DNA from: an uncultured bacterium
GTDB lineage: Bacteria > Pseudomonadota > Gammaproteobacteria > Pseudomonadales > JADFDG01
Assembly (NCBI GenBank): GCA_965232985.1
Contig: CBDDRC010000043.1
Coordinates: forward strand, 9,216 to 73,215
DNA: 64,000 nt
Reading direction: 5' to 3'
A program made the translations under genes and the position numbers. This document shows, one piece after another, positions 16,617-29,067 of the stretch; the stretch's first letter is position 1; the number at the start of each line of letters is the position of its first letter. The notes under the pieces were generated by a model. That model was given only the letters and a program-made list of their open reading frames with translations, was not told the DNA's origin and did no database searches.

Positions 16617-18554
16617 ATGAGTGAAGTCCACCTGTACCCCGTTCCGGAATCCTTCCAGCGCACCACCTTGATGACGCGTGAGAAGTACGACCTCTGGTAC
16701 AAGGAATCCATCGAACATCCGGAGAAATTCTGGGCAGCGCGCGCCACTGAATTCCTCACGTTTTTCAAACCCTGGACTACCGTGGTCAGCGCCGACTTCC
16801 ACAAGGCCGAGGCCCGCTGGTTTGCGGGAGCCGAGCTCAACGTCAGTTACAACTGCCTTGATCGGCATCTGGAAAAACGCGCAGATCAGGTCGCGATTAT
16901 TTGGGAAGGCGACGAGCCCGGCGACGACGCAAAGATCACCTACCGTCAGCTGCACGAAAAAGTCTGCCGCCTCGCCAATGTGCTGAAGGCGCGCGGCGTA
17001 AAAAAAGGCGATCGCGTCTGCATCTACATGCCTATGGTGCCGGAAGCAGCCGTCGCCATGCTGGCCTGTACGCGCGTCGGCGCCATTCATTCGGTGGTGT
17101 TCGGCGGTTTCTCGCCGGAATCACTGAAGGACCGCATCCTTGATGCTGATTGCCGCGTGGTGATTACCGCCGACGAAGGTTTACGCGGCGGCAAAAAGGT
17201 GCCACTGAAAGCCAATACTGACGCGGCGCTGCTGCAATGCCCGGACGTACATACCGTGATCGTACTCAAACGTACCGGCGGCAACATTGCCTGGTACCCG
17301 GAACGCGATATCTGGTACCACGAGCACAGCGCACAGGCATCCGTCGTTTGCGCGCCGGAACGCATGCAGGCAGAAGACCCCCTGTTTATTCTGTATACCT
17401 CTGGCTCCACCGGAAAACCCAAGGGCGTTCTGCATACCACCGCCGGCTATTTGCTGCAGGCGACAATGACGTACAAGTACATCTTCGATTATCACGAGGG
17501 TGAAGTTTTCTGGTGTACGGCCGATGTCGGCTGGGTTACCGGCCACTCGTATATCGTCTACGGGCCGCTGGCCAACGGCGCCATCACGCTGATGTTTGAA
17601 GGCGTGCCAACTTATCCGGATGCCTCACGTTTCTGGCAGGTGATCGACAAATATCAGGTAAATATTTTCTATACCGCACCCACGGCATTGCGCGCACTGA
17701 TGGCACTCGGCGATGAGCCGGTGAAAAAAACAAAGCGCTCGTCACTGCGATTGATCGGTTCGGTCGGTGAGCCGATCAATCCGGAGGCCTGGGAGTGGTA
17801 TCACCGTGTAGTCGGTGATGGCCGCTGCCCCATTGTCGATACCTGGTGGCAAACGGAAACCGGCAGCGCGATGATCGCACCGCTGCCGGGGGCCTTCACG
17901 CTGAAGCCCGGCTCGGCTACGCTGCCGTTTTTCGGCGTCAAACCCGAACTGGTCGACGGCGAAGGCAATATTTTGCACGGTGCAGTCAGCGGCAATCTGG
18001 TCATTACCGCCAGTTGGCCGGGACAAATCCGCAGTGTGTACGGCGATCACCAACGCTGCATCGACACCTATTTCTCCACCTACAAGGGGAAATATTTCAC
18101 CGGCGACGGAGCCCGCCGCGACGAAGACGGTTACTGGTGGATCACCGGCCGGGTCGATGATGTGTTGAATGTCTCCGGTCATCGCCTAGGCACGGCGGAA
18201 GTGGAAAGTGCGCTGGTACTGCATCCCAATGTCGCCGAGGCCGCCGTCGTCGGCTACCCGCACAACATCAAAGGCCAGGGAATCTACTGTTATGTCACCC
18301 TGATGAAAGGCGTTGTCGTTACAGATGAATTGCGCAAGGAGCTTGCCGCGTTCGTGGCGAAGGAAATCGGTGCCATCGCCAGACCCGACATCATCCAGTT
18401 TGCACCCGGCCTGCCAAAAACGCGTTCCGGAAAAATAATGCGGCGAATCCTGCGCAAGATCGCCGCCAATGAAATTGATGCGCTGGGCGACACGTCCACA
18501 CTGGCAGACCCGTCGGTGGTCAGTGACCTGATCGAGCAGCGGCTGAACAAGTGA
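16617..18554 (+). CDS. acs: acetyl-CoA synthetase
   Basis: Trimmed to ATG 16617 (RBS AAGGAG). AMP-binding signature [19 protein letters not shown], and C-terminal [11 protein letters not shown]. Confidence 0.92.
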   Translation: MSEVHLYPVPESFQRTTLMTREKYDLWYKESIEHPEKFWAARATEFLTFFKPWTTVVSADFHKAEARWFAGAELNVSYNCLDRHLEKRADQVAIIWEGDEPGDDAKITYRQLHEKVCRLANVLKARGVKKGDRVCIYMPMVPEAAVAMLACTRVGAIHSVVFGGFSPESLKDRILDADCRVVITADEGLRGGKKVPLKANTDAALLQCPDVHTVIVLKRTGGNIAWYPERDIWYHEHSAQASVVCAPERMQAEDPLFILYTSGSTGKPKGVLHTTAGYLLQATMTYKYIFDYHEGEVFWCTADVGWVTGHSYIVYGPLANGAITLMFEGVPTYPDASRFWQVIDKYQVNIFYTAPTALRALMALGDEPVKKTKRSSLRLIGSVGEPINPEAWEWYHRVVGDGRCPIVDTWWQTETGSAMIAPLPGAFTLKPGSATLPFFGVKPELVDGEGNILHGAVSGNLVITASWPGQIRSVYGDHQRCIDTYFSTYKGKYFTGDGARRDEDGYWWITGRVDDVLNVSGHRLGTAEVESALVLHPNVAEAAVVGYPHNIKGQGIYCYVTLMKGVVVTDELRKELAAFVAKEIGAIARPDIIQFAPGLPKTRSGKIMRRILRKIAANEIDALGDTSTLADPSVVSDLIEQRLNK

Positions 18555-18564
18555 GGATCAGACC

Positions 18565-19254
18565 ATGAAGCAACTATTTGCCGTCGCGCTCATTCTCGGC
18601 GCGAGCATGGGCGCCAGCGCCGAGCCACTGAACTACGACGTCGTCAATCTGCAGGCCGATGCCCGTACCGAAGTGGCGAACGATCTGCTTACAGCGACAC
18701 TGTTCATTGAGACAAGCAATGCGAATGCCGCCACGCTCGCTGCCGAGGTAAACCACACGTTGAATCAGGGCGTCCGGCTCGTGCACGAATTCCCCGGTGT
18801 GAAGATCGAAAGCGGAGCACAGTCAACCTGGCCAATTTATGATGTCAAAAACAAACTGACCGGCTGGCGTACCCGCGCCGAACTGCGGGTCGAAAGCAAG
18901 GATTTCGAGGCCGCCTCCCGGGCCATTGCAAAAATTACCGGCAGCATGCAGCTCGCCGGTATCGGTTTCGTGCCGTCACCAGACACGATAACCGCCACCG
19001 AGAATCGTCTGATTGATGCCGCACTCAAGGCATTCCGTACCCGCGCCGACATCATCACCAAATCGATGGGCGCGCGAACATGGAAATCAGTCAATCTCAA
19101 TATCAACACAGGCGGCGGCGGGCCGATGCCCATGCCGAAGTATCGCGCGGCATCTATGGCGATGGCTGTTGATGCGGTGCCGGCACAGGAGCTTGCGGCC
19201 GGCAACAGTGAAATCACGGTGTCGGTGAACGGGGCAATCCAGTTGCAGCCTTGA
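18565..19254 (+). CDS. secreted SIMPL/DUF541-like (YggE-like) protein
   Basis: Signal peptide MKQLFAVALILGASMGASA. Size and overall pattern resemble the SIMPL family. The family call is by recollection only. Confidence 0.55.
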   Translation: MKQLFAVALILGASMGASAEPLNYDVVNLQADARTEVANDLLTATLFIETSNANAATLAAEVNHTLNQGVRLVHEFPGVKIESGAQSTWPIYDVKNKLTGWRTRAELRVESKDFEAASRAIAKITGSMQLAGIGFVPSPDTITATENRLIDAALKAFRTRADIITKSMGARTWKSVNLNINTGGGGPMPMPKYRAASMAMAVDAVPAQELAAGNSEITVSVNGAIQLQP

Positions 19255-19303
19255 GGGTTGCCGGCAACGCGCCATCGGCAGCGTGCAGGCAAAACGCGCG
19301 GGC

Positions 19304-19328
19304 AAAAAAGGGGCCTTGCGGCCCCTTT
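19304..19328. terminator. bidirectional intrinsic terminator between the convergent SIMPL gene and pnp
   Basis: AAAAAA-GGGGCC-TTGC-GGCCCC-TTT. Confidence 0.8.
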
Positions 19329-19364
19329 CCATCACCCAATACCAGCAAGAAAAAGCGCCGGAGC

Positions 19365-21455
19365 TTATGCCTCCTTCGCTTCCTTCATCGACAGTTTGAT
19401 GCGGCCGCGGTTGTCCACGTCCAGTACCTTTACTTTCACCATCTGGCCTTCCGAGAGAAAATCGGTAACGGCATTGACCCGCTCGTCGGAAATCTGCGAG
19501 ATGTGCAGCAAGCCATCAACGCCCGGCATGATCTGCACGAAAGCGCCGAAATCGACAATCCGCACCACCTTGCCTTCGTAGATCGCGCCGATCTCGGCTT
19601 CCGCCGTCACGCCTTCAACGCGCTTGACCGCAGCATCGGCTGATTCTTTGGTCTCGCCGTAAATGCGCACGGTGCCATCGTCGTTGATATCGATGGTGGC
19701 GCCGGTTTCTTCGCAGATTGCGCGGATGGTCGCACCACCCTTGCCAATCACATCGCGAATCTTGTCGGGATTGATCTTCATCTGCACGAAGGTGGGTGCG
19801 TTGGCACTCAGTTCGGCGCGCGGGCTCGCCAGCACTTTGTTCATCTCGCCCAGAATGTGGATCCGACCTTCGCGTGCCTGGTTGAGCGCAACTTCCATGA
19901 TCTCTTCGGTGATGCCGGTGATCTTGATGTCCATCTGCAGGGCGGTAACGCCCCGGGTGGTGCCGGCCACCTTGAAGTCCATGTCGCCGAGGTGATCTTC
20001 ATCACCGAGAATGTCGGAGAGTACCGCGAAGCGCTCGCCTTCCTTCACCAGGCCCATGGCAATGCCGGCTACCGGTGCCTTCAGCGGCACACCCGCATCC
20101 ATCAGCGCCAGCGATGAACCGCAGATCGACGCCATCGAGGACGAACCGTTCGACTCGGTGATCTCGGATACCACGCGGATAGCGTACGGAAAGACATCTT
20201 CAGCCGGCAGCACAGCGGCAACACCGCGCCGGGCGAGACGACCATGACCGATTTCGCGACGCTTCGGCGTGCCGACGCGGCCGGTTTCGCCTACCGAGTA
20301 CGGGGGGAAGTTGTAATGCAGCATGAAGCGATCGTTACGCGTGCCGGCAAGCCCTTCGATCATCTGCGCATCACGCATCGAACCGAGCGTGGCAACAACG
20401 ATGGCCTGCGTTTCACCGCGGGTGAATATCGCCGAGCCGTGCGCCCTGCCAAGCGAGCCGGCCTCAATGAAGATGCGGCGAACGGTCTTGCTGTCACGGC
20501 CGTCGATACGCGGCTTGGCGTCGAGAATGTTACGGCGAACCATGGTGTATTCCAGGTTGCCAAACACCTCCTTCACTTCGTCGGCCTTCGGTTTGCCTTC
20601 TTCCTCACCGGAGAACTGCGCGATAGCCTGCGTACGCAATACGCCGAGGGTTTCGTAGCGCTTCTGCTTGTCGGTGATCAGGTACGCAGCAGAAATCGCG
20701 GCGGCAAAATTGGAATCAATCTGGGCCTTCAGCGTTTCGTTTTCTGCCGGCGCCTGCCAGTTCCACTTCGGTCTGGCGGCCTGGGCGGCCAGCTCATTGA
20801 TCGCCTTGATCGCGACCTGCATTTCCGTATGACCGAACAGCACGGCGCCAAGCATTTCGTCTTCGCTCAGCTCTTTGGCTTCCGATTCAACCATCAGTAC
20901 TGCGTCGGCAGTGCCGGCAACGACAAGGTCAAGATCGGATTCAGCCAGTTGCGTGTATGTCGGGTTGAGGATGTACTCACCGTTGCGGTAACCAACGCGC
21001 GCGGCACCGATCGGGCCCTGGAAAGGGATGCCGGCCAGCGTCAGCGCCGCAGAGGCGCCCAGCAACGCAGCGATATCCGGGTCGTTGTCCTTGTCGGCAG
21101 ACATCACCGTGGCGATAACCTGGACTTCATTCTTGAAGCCCTCCGGGAACAGCGGGCGAATCGGGCGATCAATCAAACGGGAGGTGAGCGTTTCCTTCTC
21201 GGTCGGACGCCCTTCGCGCTTGAAGAAACCGCCCGGAATACGGCCGGCCGCGTAGGTACGCTCCTGGTAGTCGACAGTCAGCGGAAAGAAATCCTGGCCG
21301 GGCTTCGCTTCCTTCTTCGCCACGACCGTCACCAGCACGGTGGTATCACCGATGGTGGTCATCACCGCCGCCGTTGCCTGGCGGGCGATATAACCGGTTT
21401 CCAGGACGACTTTTTGTGCGCCGTACTGAAACTCCTTGCGGACTTTGTTGAACAT
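19365..21455 (-). CDS. pnp: polynucleotide phosphorylase
   Basis: Trimmed to ATG 21455 (MFNKVRKEF...). Two RNase PH domains ([22 protein letters not shown]) plus KH and S1 domains. Confidence 0.93.
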   Translation of the reverse strand: MFNKVRKEFQYGAQKVVLETGYIARQATAAVMTTIGDTTVLVTVVAKKEAKPGQDFFPLTVDYQERTYAAGRIPGGFFKREGRPTEKETLTSRLIDRPIRPLFPEGFKNEVQVIATVMSADKDNDPDIAALLGASAALTLAGIPFQGPIGAARVGYRNGEYILNPTYTQLAESDLDLVVAGTADAVLMVESEAKELSEDEMLGAVLFGHTEMQVAIKAINELAAQAARPKWNWQAPAENETLKAQIDSNFAAAISAAYLITDKQKRYETLGVLRTQAIAQFSGEEEGKPKADEVKEVFGNLEYTMVRRNILDAKPRIDGRDSKTVRRIFIEAGSLGRAHGSAIFTRGETQAIVVATLGSMRDAQMIEGLAGTRNDRFMLHYNFPPYSVGETGRVGTPKRREIGHGRLARRGVAAVLPAEDVFPYAIRVVSEITESNGSSSMASICGSSLALMDAGVPLKAPVAGIAMGLVKEGERFAVLSDILGDEDHLGDMDFKVAGTTRGVTALQMDIKITGITEEIMEVALNQAREGRIHILGEMNKVLASPRAELSANAPTFVQMKINPDKIRDVIGKGGATIRAICEETGATIDINDDGTVRIYGETKESADAAVKRVEGVTAEAEIGAIYEGKVVRIVDFGAFVQIMPGVDGLLHISQISDERVNAVTDFLSEGQMVKVKVLDVDNRGRIKLSMKEAKEA

Positions 21456-21523
21456 TGCTTTTTCTTCCTTCATTTCACTTTTGGGATATCGTGGTGACAA
21501 TCACGGCGTCAGGCGACAGACAG

Positions 21524-21574
21524 AAAAGAAAAAGGGCGCGGGCTTTTCCACAGGTTGGAAAAGCGCTCGCGCCC
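21524..21574 (-). terminator. rpsO terminator / pnp-leader hairpin
   Basis: On the minus strand: GGGCGCGAGCGCTTTTCC-AACCTGT-GGAAAAGCCCGCGCCC followed by TTTTTCTTTT. A second hairpin, CTGCGTTCG..CGAACGCAG, lies at 21590-21608. Confidence 0.7.
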
Positions 21575-21611
21575 TGATCCTGTCGCTACTGCGTTCGAGC
21601 GAACGCAGTCC

Positions 21612-21881
21612 TCAACGGCGCAAGCCGAGCGTCTGGATGAGTTTCTGGTAACTGGCCTCGTCGGTGCGCGCCAGATAATCAAGCAGCTTGCGGCGCTGGT
21701 TGACCATGCGGATCAGACCACGACGTGAGTGGTGATCCTTGACGTGATCCTTGAAGTGACCCTGGAGGTGGTCGATTTGCGCTGACAGCAGCGCAACCTG
21801 CACTTCCGGTGACCCAGTGTCGCCGTCCTTGCGTTGAAACTGCTGGACGACCTTTGCTTTTGCTTCTGCAGTAAGAGACAT
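21612..21881 (-). CDS. rpsO: 30S ribosomal protein S15
   Basis: [33 protein letters not shown]...[18 protein letters not shown]. Confidence 0.93.
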   Translation of the reverse strand: MSLTAEAKAKVVQQFQRKDGDTGSPEVQVALLSAQIDHLQGHFKDHVKDHHSRRGLIRMVNQRRKLLDYLARTDEASYQKLIQTLGLRR

Positions 21882-21951
21882 GTTGTTGCTCCGTCGATGC
21901 ACATGTTTTAAACCGTACTGCCGCGCATCACTGCAGCAGCCGGCACTTTTG

Positions 21952-22902
21952 TTACCCGGTATTCACCAAACGACGGGGCGCTACGTGTCCGTCGTCACTG
22001 ATTTCACCAACTCCGAGGAAAATCCTGCGCCCCTCACCTGAATTCTCATACATGGCCACTTTCGTGCCCGGAGAAATGACCGGCTCTCCCGCCCGGACCG
22101 CCTGACCGCGGCGCATATAGTACGCGCTTTCCGGTGACAGCGTGACTGCCGGCCATCCATCCAGGGCCGCTTCGGGCGCCAGCAACAACCGGTCCAACCC
22201 CTCTTCGCCCGCTGCCCCGGCCACCCGCTCCACATCTGCGAGGGTTATCGCCTGCGCCAACGTGAATTGGCCGGCTGCCAACCGCCGCAACGCCGTCACA
22301 TGCGCACCACAGCCGAGCGCCTGGCCAATGTCCTCGGCCAGACTGCGGATATAGGTGCCCTTGCTGACGTGCGCCTCGATGGTGAATGTCGGCGCATCGA
22401 ACGCCTCAAGAACCAGCCGACTCACATGCACCCTGCGCGCCTCACGCGCAACCGTCACACCCTGTCGCGCCAGCTCATACAGTGGCCGGCCATTTTGCTT
22501 CAGCGCCGAAAACATCGAGGGCACCTGCGATATCTCGCCGGTAAATTGTCTTAACAGCACTTCAAATGCCACCCGCTCGATCGCCGGCACCGGATGCTCG
22601 GCGATCACCTTGCCGTCGGCATCACCGCTGTCTGTGACGATGCCCAGGCGCGCTGTGGCGCGATAAACCTTGTCGGCATCAAGCAGGTATTGCGAAAACT
22701 TGGTGGCCTCCCCGAAGCACAGCGGCAACACGCCGGTGGCAAGTGGATCGAGGCTACCGGTATGCCCGGCCTTTGCGGCACCGAACAACCACTTGACGCG
22801 TTGCAGCGCTGCATTGGAGGTCATGCCCGCAGGCTTATCCAATACCAGCACGCCATTTACCGGACGACGGCGGCGACGCGGTTGAGCGTCAGTCGTCACC
22901 AT
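21952..22902 (-). CDS. truB: tRNA pseudouridine-55 synthase
   Basis: [15 protein letters not shown] and catalytic Asp motif [11 protein letters not shown]. The start chosen is ATG 22902, which overlaps the rbfA stop by 14 nt. The start is uncertain. Confidence 0.85.
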   Translation of the reverse strand: MVTTDAQPRRRRRPVNGVLVLDKPAGMTSNAALQRVKWLFGAAKAGHTGSLDPLATGVLPLCFGEATKFSQYLLDADKVYRATARLGIVTDSGDADGKVIAEHPVPAIERVAFEVLLRQFTGEISQVPSMFSALKQNGRPLYELARQGVTVAREARRVHVSRLVLEAFDAPTFTIEAHVSKGTYIRSLAEDIGQALGCGAHVTALRRLAAGQFTLAQAITLADVERVAGAAGEEGLDRLLLAPEAALDGWPAVTLSPESAYYMRRGQAVRAGEPVISPGTKVAMYENSGEGRRIFLGVGEISDDGHVAPRRLVNTG

Positions 22903-23338
22903 CGTAAACCGGTTTTGTCTTGGCCGATTCCGTGCTGTCGACGGCATCGTCATCATGCCGCGCAACGATCTGACGATCCTCCGCGCGCGCCTTGTCGATC
23001 AGCTCTGACATGGCAATGCCACGGGATGGCGCCTCATCGAAGCGAAACCGCAGGTGCGGCGTCATCCGGAATTTGATCGCACGGCCGATCTGCGTCCGCA
23101 GAAAACCCGCCGCGCTGTCCAATGCCTTCTGTGAATTTTCCGGCTCACCCTTGAGTACGGTGTACCAGACATCGGCGTAGGAAAGGTCTTTCGCCACCTC
23201 AACACTGGTGATCGTGACCATGCCAAGCCGCGGATCCTTGACCTCAAACTGCAGCAACCGCGCGAGCTCTCTTTGCACCTCGTCGCCGACGCGTTGCGGG
23301 CGACTGGAACCGGGGCGCTGGAGGAAGTCGTGGGTCAT
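22889..23338 (-). CDS. rbfA: ribosome-binding factor A
   Basis: RPQRVGDEVQRELARLLQFEVKDPRLGMVTITSVEV. It lies between infB and truB. Confidence 0.88.
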   Translation of the reverse strand: MTHDFLQRPGSSRPQRVGDEVQRELARLLQFEVKDPRLGMVTITSVEVAKDLSYADVWYTVLKGEPENSQKALDSAAGFLRTQIGRAIKFRMTPHLRFRFDEAPSRGIAMSELIDKARAEDRQIVARHDDDAVDSTESAKTKPVYDGDD

Positions 23339-23390
23339 GATTCAACTCGCGGATCAGCTCGAAGAAATGGCATGCATGACATCGCCGCCA

Positions 23391-26090
23391 TTACAGTGTC
23401 CGGGCAATTTCCTTGACTTCATACACTTCGATCTTGTCGCCAGCGCGAACATCGTTGTAACCGCGCACGGCGATACCGCAATCCATACCGGCACGCACTT
23501 CGGCAACATCATCCTTGAAGCGGCGCAGCGACTCGAGCGCGCCCTGGAAGACCACAACATCCTGACGCAATACGCGAATCGGTCGATTGCGGTACACCAT
23601 ACCCTCGACCACCATGCAGCCGGCGACATCGCCGAACTTCGAGGATCGGAACACTTCGCGCACCTCGGCAATACCGAGAATCGTCTCACGCCGCTCCGGT
23701 GCCAGCAGACCACTCATGGCTGCCTTGACGTCGTCAATCATCTCGTAGATGACGCTGTAATAGCGCAGGTCGATGCCTTCACGCTCACACAGCTTCTTGG
23801 CGGTACTGTCGGCGCGCACATTGAAGGCAAGTACGACAGCACGGGAAGTTATCGCCAGATTGACGTCGGACTCGGTAATCGGACCCACACCGCTAGAAAC
23901 GATGTTGACCTTCACCTCATCAGTGCCAAGATCGTGCATCGCACCCATCAGCGCCTCAAGTGAACCACGCACGTCTGTCTTCAGCACGATATTGACGGTC
24001 GGCTTCTCGGCTACACCCATGTTGGCAAAAATATTCTCGAGCTTGGACGACTGCTGCCGTGCCATGCGCGACGTCCGGTCCTTCTCGATGCGGTGCTGCG
24101 CCACTTCGCGCGCGCGCCGTTCGTCCGGCACCACCATCATCTTGTCACCCGCCTCCGGCACGCCGGCGAGGCCGAGTATTTCCACCGGAATCGACGGGCC
24201 GGCCACCTTCAGCGGGCGACCGTGTTCGTCATTCATAGCGCGCACACGGCCGTAATACTGCCCGGCGAGCACCATGTCGCCGGGATGCAATTCGCCCTGT
24301 TGAATCAACAGCGATGCGACCGGACCACGACCCTTGTCGAGACGCGATTCGACCACGACGCCTTCGGCCGGCCCAACCGGCACGGCTTTCAGCTCGAGCA
24401 CTTCAGCCTGGATCAGGATGGCGTCGAGCAGCTTATCGATGCCGGCGCCCGTATGTGCAGAAACCGGCACAAACTGCGTATCGCCGCCCCACTCTTCGGA
24501 CACAACGCTCTGCTGCGTCAACTCGGAGCGCACCCGCTCCGGATCGGCGGAAGGCTTATCCATCTTGTTGATGGCAACGATCAACGGCACGCCAGCAGCA
24601 CGGGCATGGTTGATTGCCTCAATCGTCTGCGGCATGACGCCATCGTCAGCAGCAACAACAATGATGACGATATCCGTTGCCGATGCCCCACGCGCGCGCA
24701 TCGCGGTAAACGCAGCATGACCCGGCGTATCGAGGAAAGTGATCATGCCGTGGCCGGTATCAACGTGGTAGGCGCCAATATGTTGTGTGATGCCACCCGC
24801 TTCGCCAGCCGCAACCTTCGTGCGGCGAATGTAATCGAGCAGTGAAGTCTTGCCGTGATCGACATGACCCATGATAGTAACCACCGGCGCGCGCGGCATC
24901 GGTGCCGCTTCACGGTTGATCGATTCGACGAGCGCTTCCTCGACTGCGTTGGCACTGACAAGCTTCGCCTTGTGGCCAAGCTCCTCGACAACGAGGACGG
25001 CAGTTGCCTGATCAAGAATATGGTTGACGGTGACCATCTCGCCCATTTTCATCAGGGCCTTGATCAACTCGCCCACCTTCATTGACAACTTTTGTGCGAG
25101 CTCGCCAACTGTGATTGCCTCACCAATTTCGACTTCGTAAACCATTTTCGCTGTCGGCTTCTCGAATGCATGCCCCTTATGGAAGGAGCTCTTGAGCGTT
25201 CCTTCGAACGCCATTTTCTGCGTCTGTTTGCGGCGCTTGCCAATCAGCTTGCTCTTGTTGTCCTTCTTGAGATTGTGCGCCTCCTCCTCGATGCTCTGCT
25301 CGAAGGCTCGCGCGACAATGCCGGCAGCAATCGTCGAGGACTCCTCGTCACCCGGAGCCGGTGCCACATCAGTGCGGTGCGCCAATTCCTCGGCAAGACG
25401 CTGGGCACGCTCAACCGTTTCCTTGGCCGCCTTCTCCTCGGCCTCTTTCAGCACACCGGCATTCTGGCGCCGACGCACCTCGACTTCTTCCCGCTTCTTG
25501 CGCTCTTCGGCTTCCAGCTTTGCCGCCTTTTCAGTGGCCTGACGGGCGGCTTCAGTTGTGTGGTGCGGAACCTTGATCACCTTGTGGCGATGCGCGACCT
25601 CGACCGTGTCGAGACTCGCGGGCGCCGATGACTTGCGGCGACGATCATCCTCGTCGCGACGCGCCTTCTCTTCGGCATCACGCCTGGCCTTTTCTTCGGC
25701 ATCCCGCGCCGAGTGCTCCGCCGCAAGCCGAGCCTCCTCTTCGGCGATGCGTTGCGCCTCTTCGCTGGCAGCTTTCGTCTCCAGATCACCGCGCTTGATG
25801 TAGGTGCGGGTTTTCTTGACCTGAACCTCAACCGTCTTGGTCCGACCAGTCGACGCACTCGCAGTCTTGATGGTGGTGTTTTCCTTGCGCTTCAGCGTGA
25901 TGCGCCTGGATTCCCCCTCATCCTTGCCGTGGGCGCGCTTGAGATACCCCAGCAACTGCTCCTTCTCGGTATCGGACACACCCTCGTCAGCCGAGGAATG
26001 CGAAAGGCCGGCGTCGCGCATCTGCGTCAACAGCGTTTCCGCCGCGACGTTCAGCTTATCTGCCAGCTGCCTGACGGTTACCTCTGCCAT
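23391..26090 (-). CDS. infB: translation initiation factor IF-2
   Basis: G-domain motifs [20 protein letters not shown] 26090 (MAEVTV...) is preferred over the TTG at 26102. Confidence 0.92.
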   Translation of the reverse strand: MAEVTVRQLADKLNVAAETLLTQMRDAGLSHSSADEGVSDTEKEQLLGYLKRAHGKDEGESRRITLKRKENTTIKTASASTGRTKTVEVQVKKTRTYIKRGDLETKAASEEAQRIAEEEARLAAEHSARDAEEKARRDAEEKARRDEDDRRRKSSAPASLDTVEVAHRHKVIKVPHHTTEAARQATEKAAKLEAEERKKREEVEVRRRQNAGVLKEAEEKAAKETVERAQRLAEELAHRTDVAPAPGDEESSTIAAGIVARAFEQSIEEEAHNLKKDNKSKLIGKRRKQTQKMAFEGTLKSSFHKGHAFEKPTAKMVYEVEIGEAITVGELAQKLSMKVGELIKALMKMGEMVTVNHILDQATAVLVVEELGHKAKLVSANAVEEALVESINREAAPMPRAPVVTIMGHVDHGKTSLLDYIRRTKVAAGEAGGITQHIGAYHVDTGHGMITFLDTPGHAAFTAMRARGASATDIVIIVVAADDGVMPQTIEAINHARAAGVPLIVAINKMDKPSADPERVRSELTQQSVVSEEWGGDTQFVPVSAHTGAGIDKLLDAILIQAEVLELKAVPVGPAEGVVVESRLDKGRGPVASLLIQQGELHPGDMVLAGQYYGRVRAMNDEHGRPLKVAGPSIPVEILGLAGVPEAGDKMMVVPDERRAREVAQHRIEKDRTSRMARQQSSKLENIFANMGVAEKPTVNIVLKTDVRGSLEALMGAMHDLGTDEVKVNIVSSGVGPITESDVNLAITSRAVVLAFNVRADSTAKKLCEREGIDLRYYSVIYEMIDDVKAAMSGLLAPERRETILGIAEVREVFRSSKFGDVAGCMVVEGMVYRNRPIRVLRQDVVVFQGALESLRRFKDDVAEVRAGMDCGIAVRGYNDVRAGDKIEVYEVKEIARTL

Positions 26091-26182
26091 ACCGATGCTC
26101 AATCTCCGTTCGTCATGCCATCACCGCGACAAATTTGCCGTCGGCGTCTCATCAACAGCGATATCTCTGTGCCACCGACACC

Positions 26183-27679
26183 TTAACCTTGCTGCGCAGC
26201 AAACCAGGGCTTGCGCGCTTCCATGATCAGGGAGGCGGCGCGCTCTTCAGTCATGGACTCGACATCACGAATATCGTCGATCGCCTGCTCGGCCAACTCT
26301 TCCATCGTGCGTACGCCCCTTGCGGCAAGGGCAAACGCCATCGCGCGATCCATACCCGGCATAGAGAGCAGATCCTCGGCCGGCTCAGAGCCTTCCAGCT
26401 TTTCTTCGGAGGCCAGCGCGCGGGTGATCAGCGCATCCTTGGCACGCTGACGCAACTCGTTGACGATATCCTCGTCGAAGCCCTCAATGGCGAGCATTTC
26501 CTCGAGCGGCACATAGGCAATTTCTTCCAGTGTGCTGAAACCTTCCTCGGCGAGCACCTGGGCGACTTCCTCATCGACATCCAGATCCTTCATGAACACC
26601 TGAACCACCGACTCGGATTCGGTTGCCTGCTTGGCGTTGGCGTCGTCGAGTGTCATCACATTCAATTCCCAACCCGTCATCTCGCTGGCGAGGCGGATAT
26701 TCTGGCCGCCGCGGCCAATGGCCTGGGCGAGCTGATCTTCTTCCACGGCGATATCCATCGCGTGGCGATCCTCATCAACGACAATAGAGGAAACCTCGGC
26801 CGGCGACATGGCGTTGATGACAAACTGTGCCGGATTGTCGTCCCACAGCACGATATCGACACGCTCGCCGCCAAGCTCGCTGGAAACAGCCTGGACGCGC
26901 GAACCGCGCATGCCAATACATGCACCCTGAGGGTCGATGCGCTGATCATTGGATTTCACGGCGATCTTGGCGCGCACGCCCGGATCGCGCGCAGCGCCCT
27001 TGATCTCGATGAGCTCTTCGCCGATTTCCGGCACCTCAATCTTGAACAGCTCAACCAGCATTTGCGGATTGGTGCGCGAAATCATCAACTGCGGGCCGCG
27101 ATTTTCGGTATTGATCGCGTAAAGGACGGCCCGCACACGATCATTGGTACGGAACACTTCGCGGGGCAACATCTCGGTACGGGGCATCAGCGCCTCGGCA
27201 TTGGAGCCAAGATCGAGAATGACGTTGTCGCGTGTCACCTTCTTGACAGTACCGATCACCAGCGTGCCGATGCGATTGCGGAACTGCTCGACAATCTGGG
27301 CTCGCTCAGCCTCGCGCACCTTCTGCACGATCACCTGCTTGGCGGTCTGGGCACCGATGCGGCCGAACTCGACCGACTCGATTTCCTCTTCCCAGATGTC
27401 GCCGATCTTCAGCGCCGGATCCTTTTCGTGGGCTTCGTCCAGCGTCAACTGATGGCCGAACTCAAACAGCTCCTCATCGACAACGACGCGCCAGACGCGA
27501 TAAGACTTGTACTCGCCCGTCTTCCGGTCGATCGCCACGCGAATTTCGACGTCTGCCTCGCGGAAGCGCTTTTTCGTGGCCGCCGCAAGGGCTGCCTCAA
27601 TGGCTTCGAAGATGACGTCACGGTCGACGCCTTTCTCGTTGGAGACGGTTTCAGCTACGAGGAGAATCTCTTTGCCCAT
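26183..27679 (-). CDS. nusA: transcription termination/antitermination factor NusA
   Basis: [19 protein letters not shown]1 and two KH domains ([13 protein letters not shown]), and C-terminal acidic repeats. Confidence 0.93.
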   Translation of the reverse strand: MGKEILLVAETVSNEKGVDRDVIFEAIEAALAAATKKRFREADVEIRVAIDRKTGEYKSYRVWRVVVDEELFEFGHQLTLDEAHEKDPALKIGDIWEEEIESVEFGRIGAQTAKQVIVQKVREAERAQIVEQFRNRIGTLVIGTVKKVTRDNVILDLGSNAEALMPRTEMLPREVFRTNDRVRAVLYAINTENRGPQLMISRTNPQMLVELFKIEVPEIGEELIEIKGAARDPGVRAKIAVKSNDQRIDPQGACIGMRGSRVQAVSSELGGERVDIVLWDDNPAQFVINAMSPAEVSSIVVDEDRHAMDIAVEEDQLAQAIGRGGQNIRLASEMTGWELNVMTLDDANAKQATESESVVQVFMKDLDVDEEVAQVLAEEGFSTLEEIAYVPLEEMLAIEGFDEDIVNELRQRAKDALITRALASEEKLEGSEPAEDLLSMPGMDRAMAFALAARGVRTMEELAEQAIDDIRDVESMTEERAASLIMEARKPWFAAQQG

Positions 27680-27727
27680 CGCCTTGTGCCCATCGCTATC
27701 GTTGTTTCCGGCAATGCCTTCCCGGCA

Positions 27728-28198
27728 TTACCGCTTGTTATTGGGAAACTCCGGCTCGATCTGCGCCTTGTCGATACCCGCGAAGGCAAATGCCTGTTCG
27801 CCGCCATCATCAAGCGCCAGCACGACGCCTTCATCACTCACCGAAACCAGGCGGCCGCGGAAACGGCGGCGTCCTGAAACCGGAGCCTGTAGCCGCAACA
27901 CGAGCAGGCCGCCGACATAACGGGCGTATTGCGCCGGCTCGAACAGTACACGGTCGAGACCGGGCGAGGAGACTTCCAGCGTGTATTCGCCATCAATCGG
28001 ATCCTCGACGTCCAGCACGCCACTTACCTGATGGCTCACCGCTGCACAATCATCGACCGTTACGCCCTCGGGCCCATCGATGTATATCCGCAGCAGACGA
28101 TGCCGACCGCGGACCAGGTACTCAATCCCCCACAACTCGAACCCGAGCACACCCACGGCCGGCTCGAGCAGGGTCTTGAGGTCGCGCTTGCTGGTCAA
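27728..28198 (-). CDS. rimP: ribosome maturation factor RimP
   Basis: LGFELWGIEY...RIYID...VDDCAAVSHQVSGVLDVEDPI...LEVSSPGLDR. The TTG at 28198 is preceded by AGGAG with a 6-nt spacer and gives an E. coli-like N-terminus. The longer track ORF runs into the tRNA gene. Confidence 0.85.
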   Translation of the reverse strand: MTSKRDLKTLLEPAVGVLGFELWGIEYLVRGRHRLLRIYIDGPEGVTVDDCAAVSHQVSGVLDVEDPIDGEYTLEVSSPGLDRVLFEPAQYARYVGGLLVLRLQAPVSGRRRFRGRLVSVSDEGVVLALDDGGEQAFAFAGIDKAQIEPEFPNNKR

Positions 28199-28259
28199 CC
28201 GCTGCTCCTGCGCCTTGCCCGGCGCATCAAATTCCAGACCGCACTGCATCCCAGGCCAT

Positions 28260-28290
28260 AAAAAACAAAAAAAAAGGGCCTGCAAGGCCC
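28260..28290 (-). terminator. intrinsic terminator/attenuator between tRNA-fMet and rimP
   Basis: On the minus strand: GGGCC-TTGCA-GGCCC followed by T9GT6. Confidence 0.7.
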
Positions 28291-28402
28291 ATTTCGCGAA
28301 CGAAGCCTGAAGGTGGACCGCTACGCGAAACCACCTGGCAAAAAACCCCGCAGGGGGGCTTTTCCTGCACAACGTGCAGCGGATCTTTGCCAAGACCCAG
28401 GT

Positions 28403-28479
<77 letters not shown>

Positions 28480-28495
28480 TCAAAACCGGGCGCCG

Positions 28496-28524
28496 ACTAT
28501 AGGGTGGCACCCCCTTACTGTCAA
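28496..28524 (-). promoter_or_regulatory. sigma70 promoter for tRNA-fMet/rimP-nusA-infB
   Basis: On the minus strand: TTGACA-17 nt-TATAGT. An A/T-rich UP-like tract lies upstream, and the -10 element ends ~16 nt before the tRNA 5' end. Confidence 0.7.
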
Positions 28525-28557
28525 CGCGGGAAACACCGCAAAAATACGAAAAATGCA

Positions 28558-28642
28558 TGGTGCCCAGGGTCGGACTTGAACCGACACGGCTTGCGCCACT
28601 ACCCCCTCAAAGTAGCGTGTCTACCAATTTCACCACCTGGGC
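28558..28642 (-). tRNA. tRNA-Leu (GAG)
   Basis: The reverse complement is GCCCAGGTGGTGAAATTGGTAGACACGCTACTTTGAGGGGGTAGTGGCGCAAGCCGTGTCGGTTCAAGTCCGACCCTGGGCACCA. It has a long variable arm and sits immediately downstream of secG, as in the E. coli secG-leuU arrangement. Confidence 0.9.
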
Positions 28643-28652
28643 TTAAAAACGC

Positions 28653-29054
28653 TTATTTACCGGTCTGCTTGTCCGTCGGTGCCGAATTCGTAGCCGGTGC
28701 GGCAGGCACATCGGCGGCCGGCACAGCAAGGGCCGGCGAGGAAGCCGGGGCCGCCGGCACGTCGCCGGTTGCCGCAGCCGGTGCGGACACCTCCGAAACG
28801 AGGGCGCCATTCTGCGCTTCCGAAGCGACCCTCGCAAGGTAAGCCAACCCCAGACTGGTGGAGAAGAAAAAAATCGCCAGCCATTTCGTGGTGCGCGTGA
28901 GGAATGTTGCCGAACCGGCAGCGCCAAAAACAGTCTGCGACGCGCCGGAACCGAATGACGCGCCCGCATCAGCACCCTTGCCCTGCTGCAGGAGAATCAA
29001 GCCGATGAGGGCCAAGGACAAAAGTACATGCACAACCAGAATCGCAACTTCCAT
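28653..29054 (-). CDS. secG: preprotein translocase subunit SecG
   Basis: LLQQGKGADAGASFGSGASQTVFG signature, two TM segments and an Ala/Pro-rich C-terminal tail. ATG 29054 is chosen; the track start at 29060 is a TTG. Confidence 0.88.
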   Translation of the reverse strand: MEVAILVVHVLLSLALIGLILLQQGKGADAGASFGSGASQTVFGAAGSATFLTRTTKWLAIFFFSTSLGLAYLARVASEAQNGALVSEVSAPAAATGDVPAAPASSPALAVPAADVPAAPATNSAPTDKQTGK

Positions 29055-29067
29055 CTTCAATTACCTG

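Noticed and set aside
25640-25700. A tandem ~24-nt repeat inside infB, encoding DAEEKARR x2.
   Set aside because: It is an in-frame low-complexity duplication in the poorly conserved, charged N-terminal region of IF2, which is a common length-variable segment. There is no evidence of a separate element.
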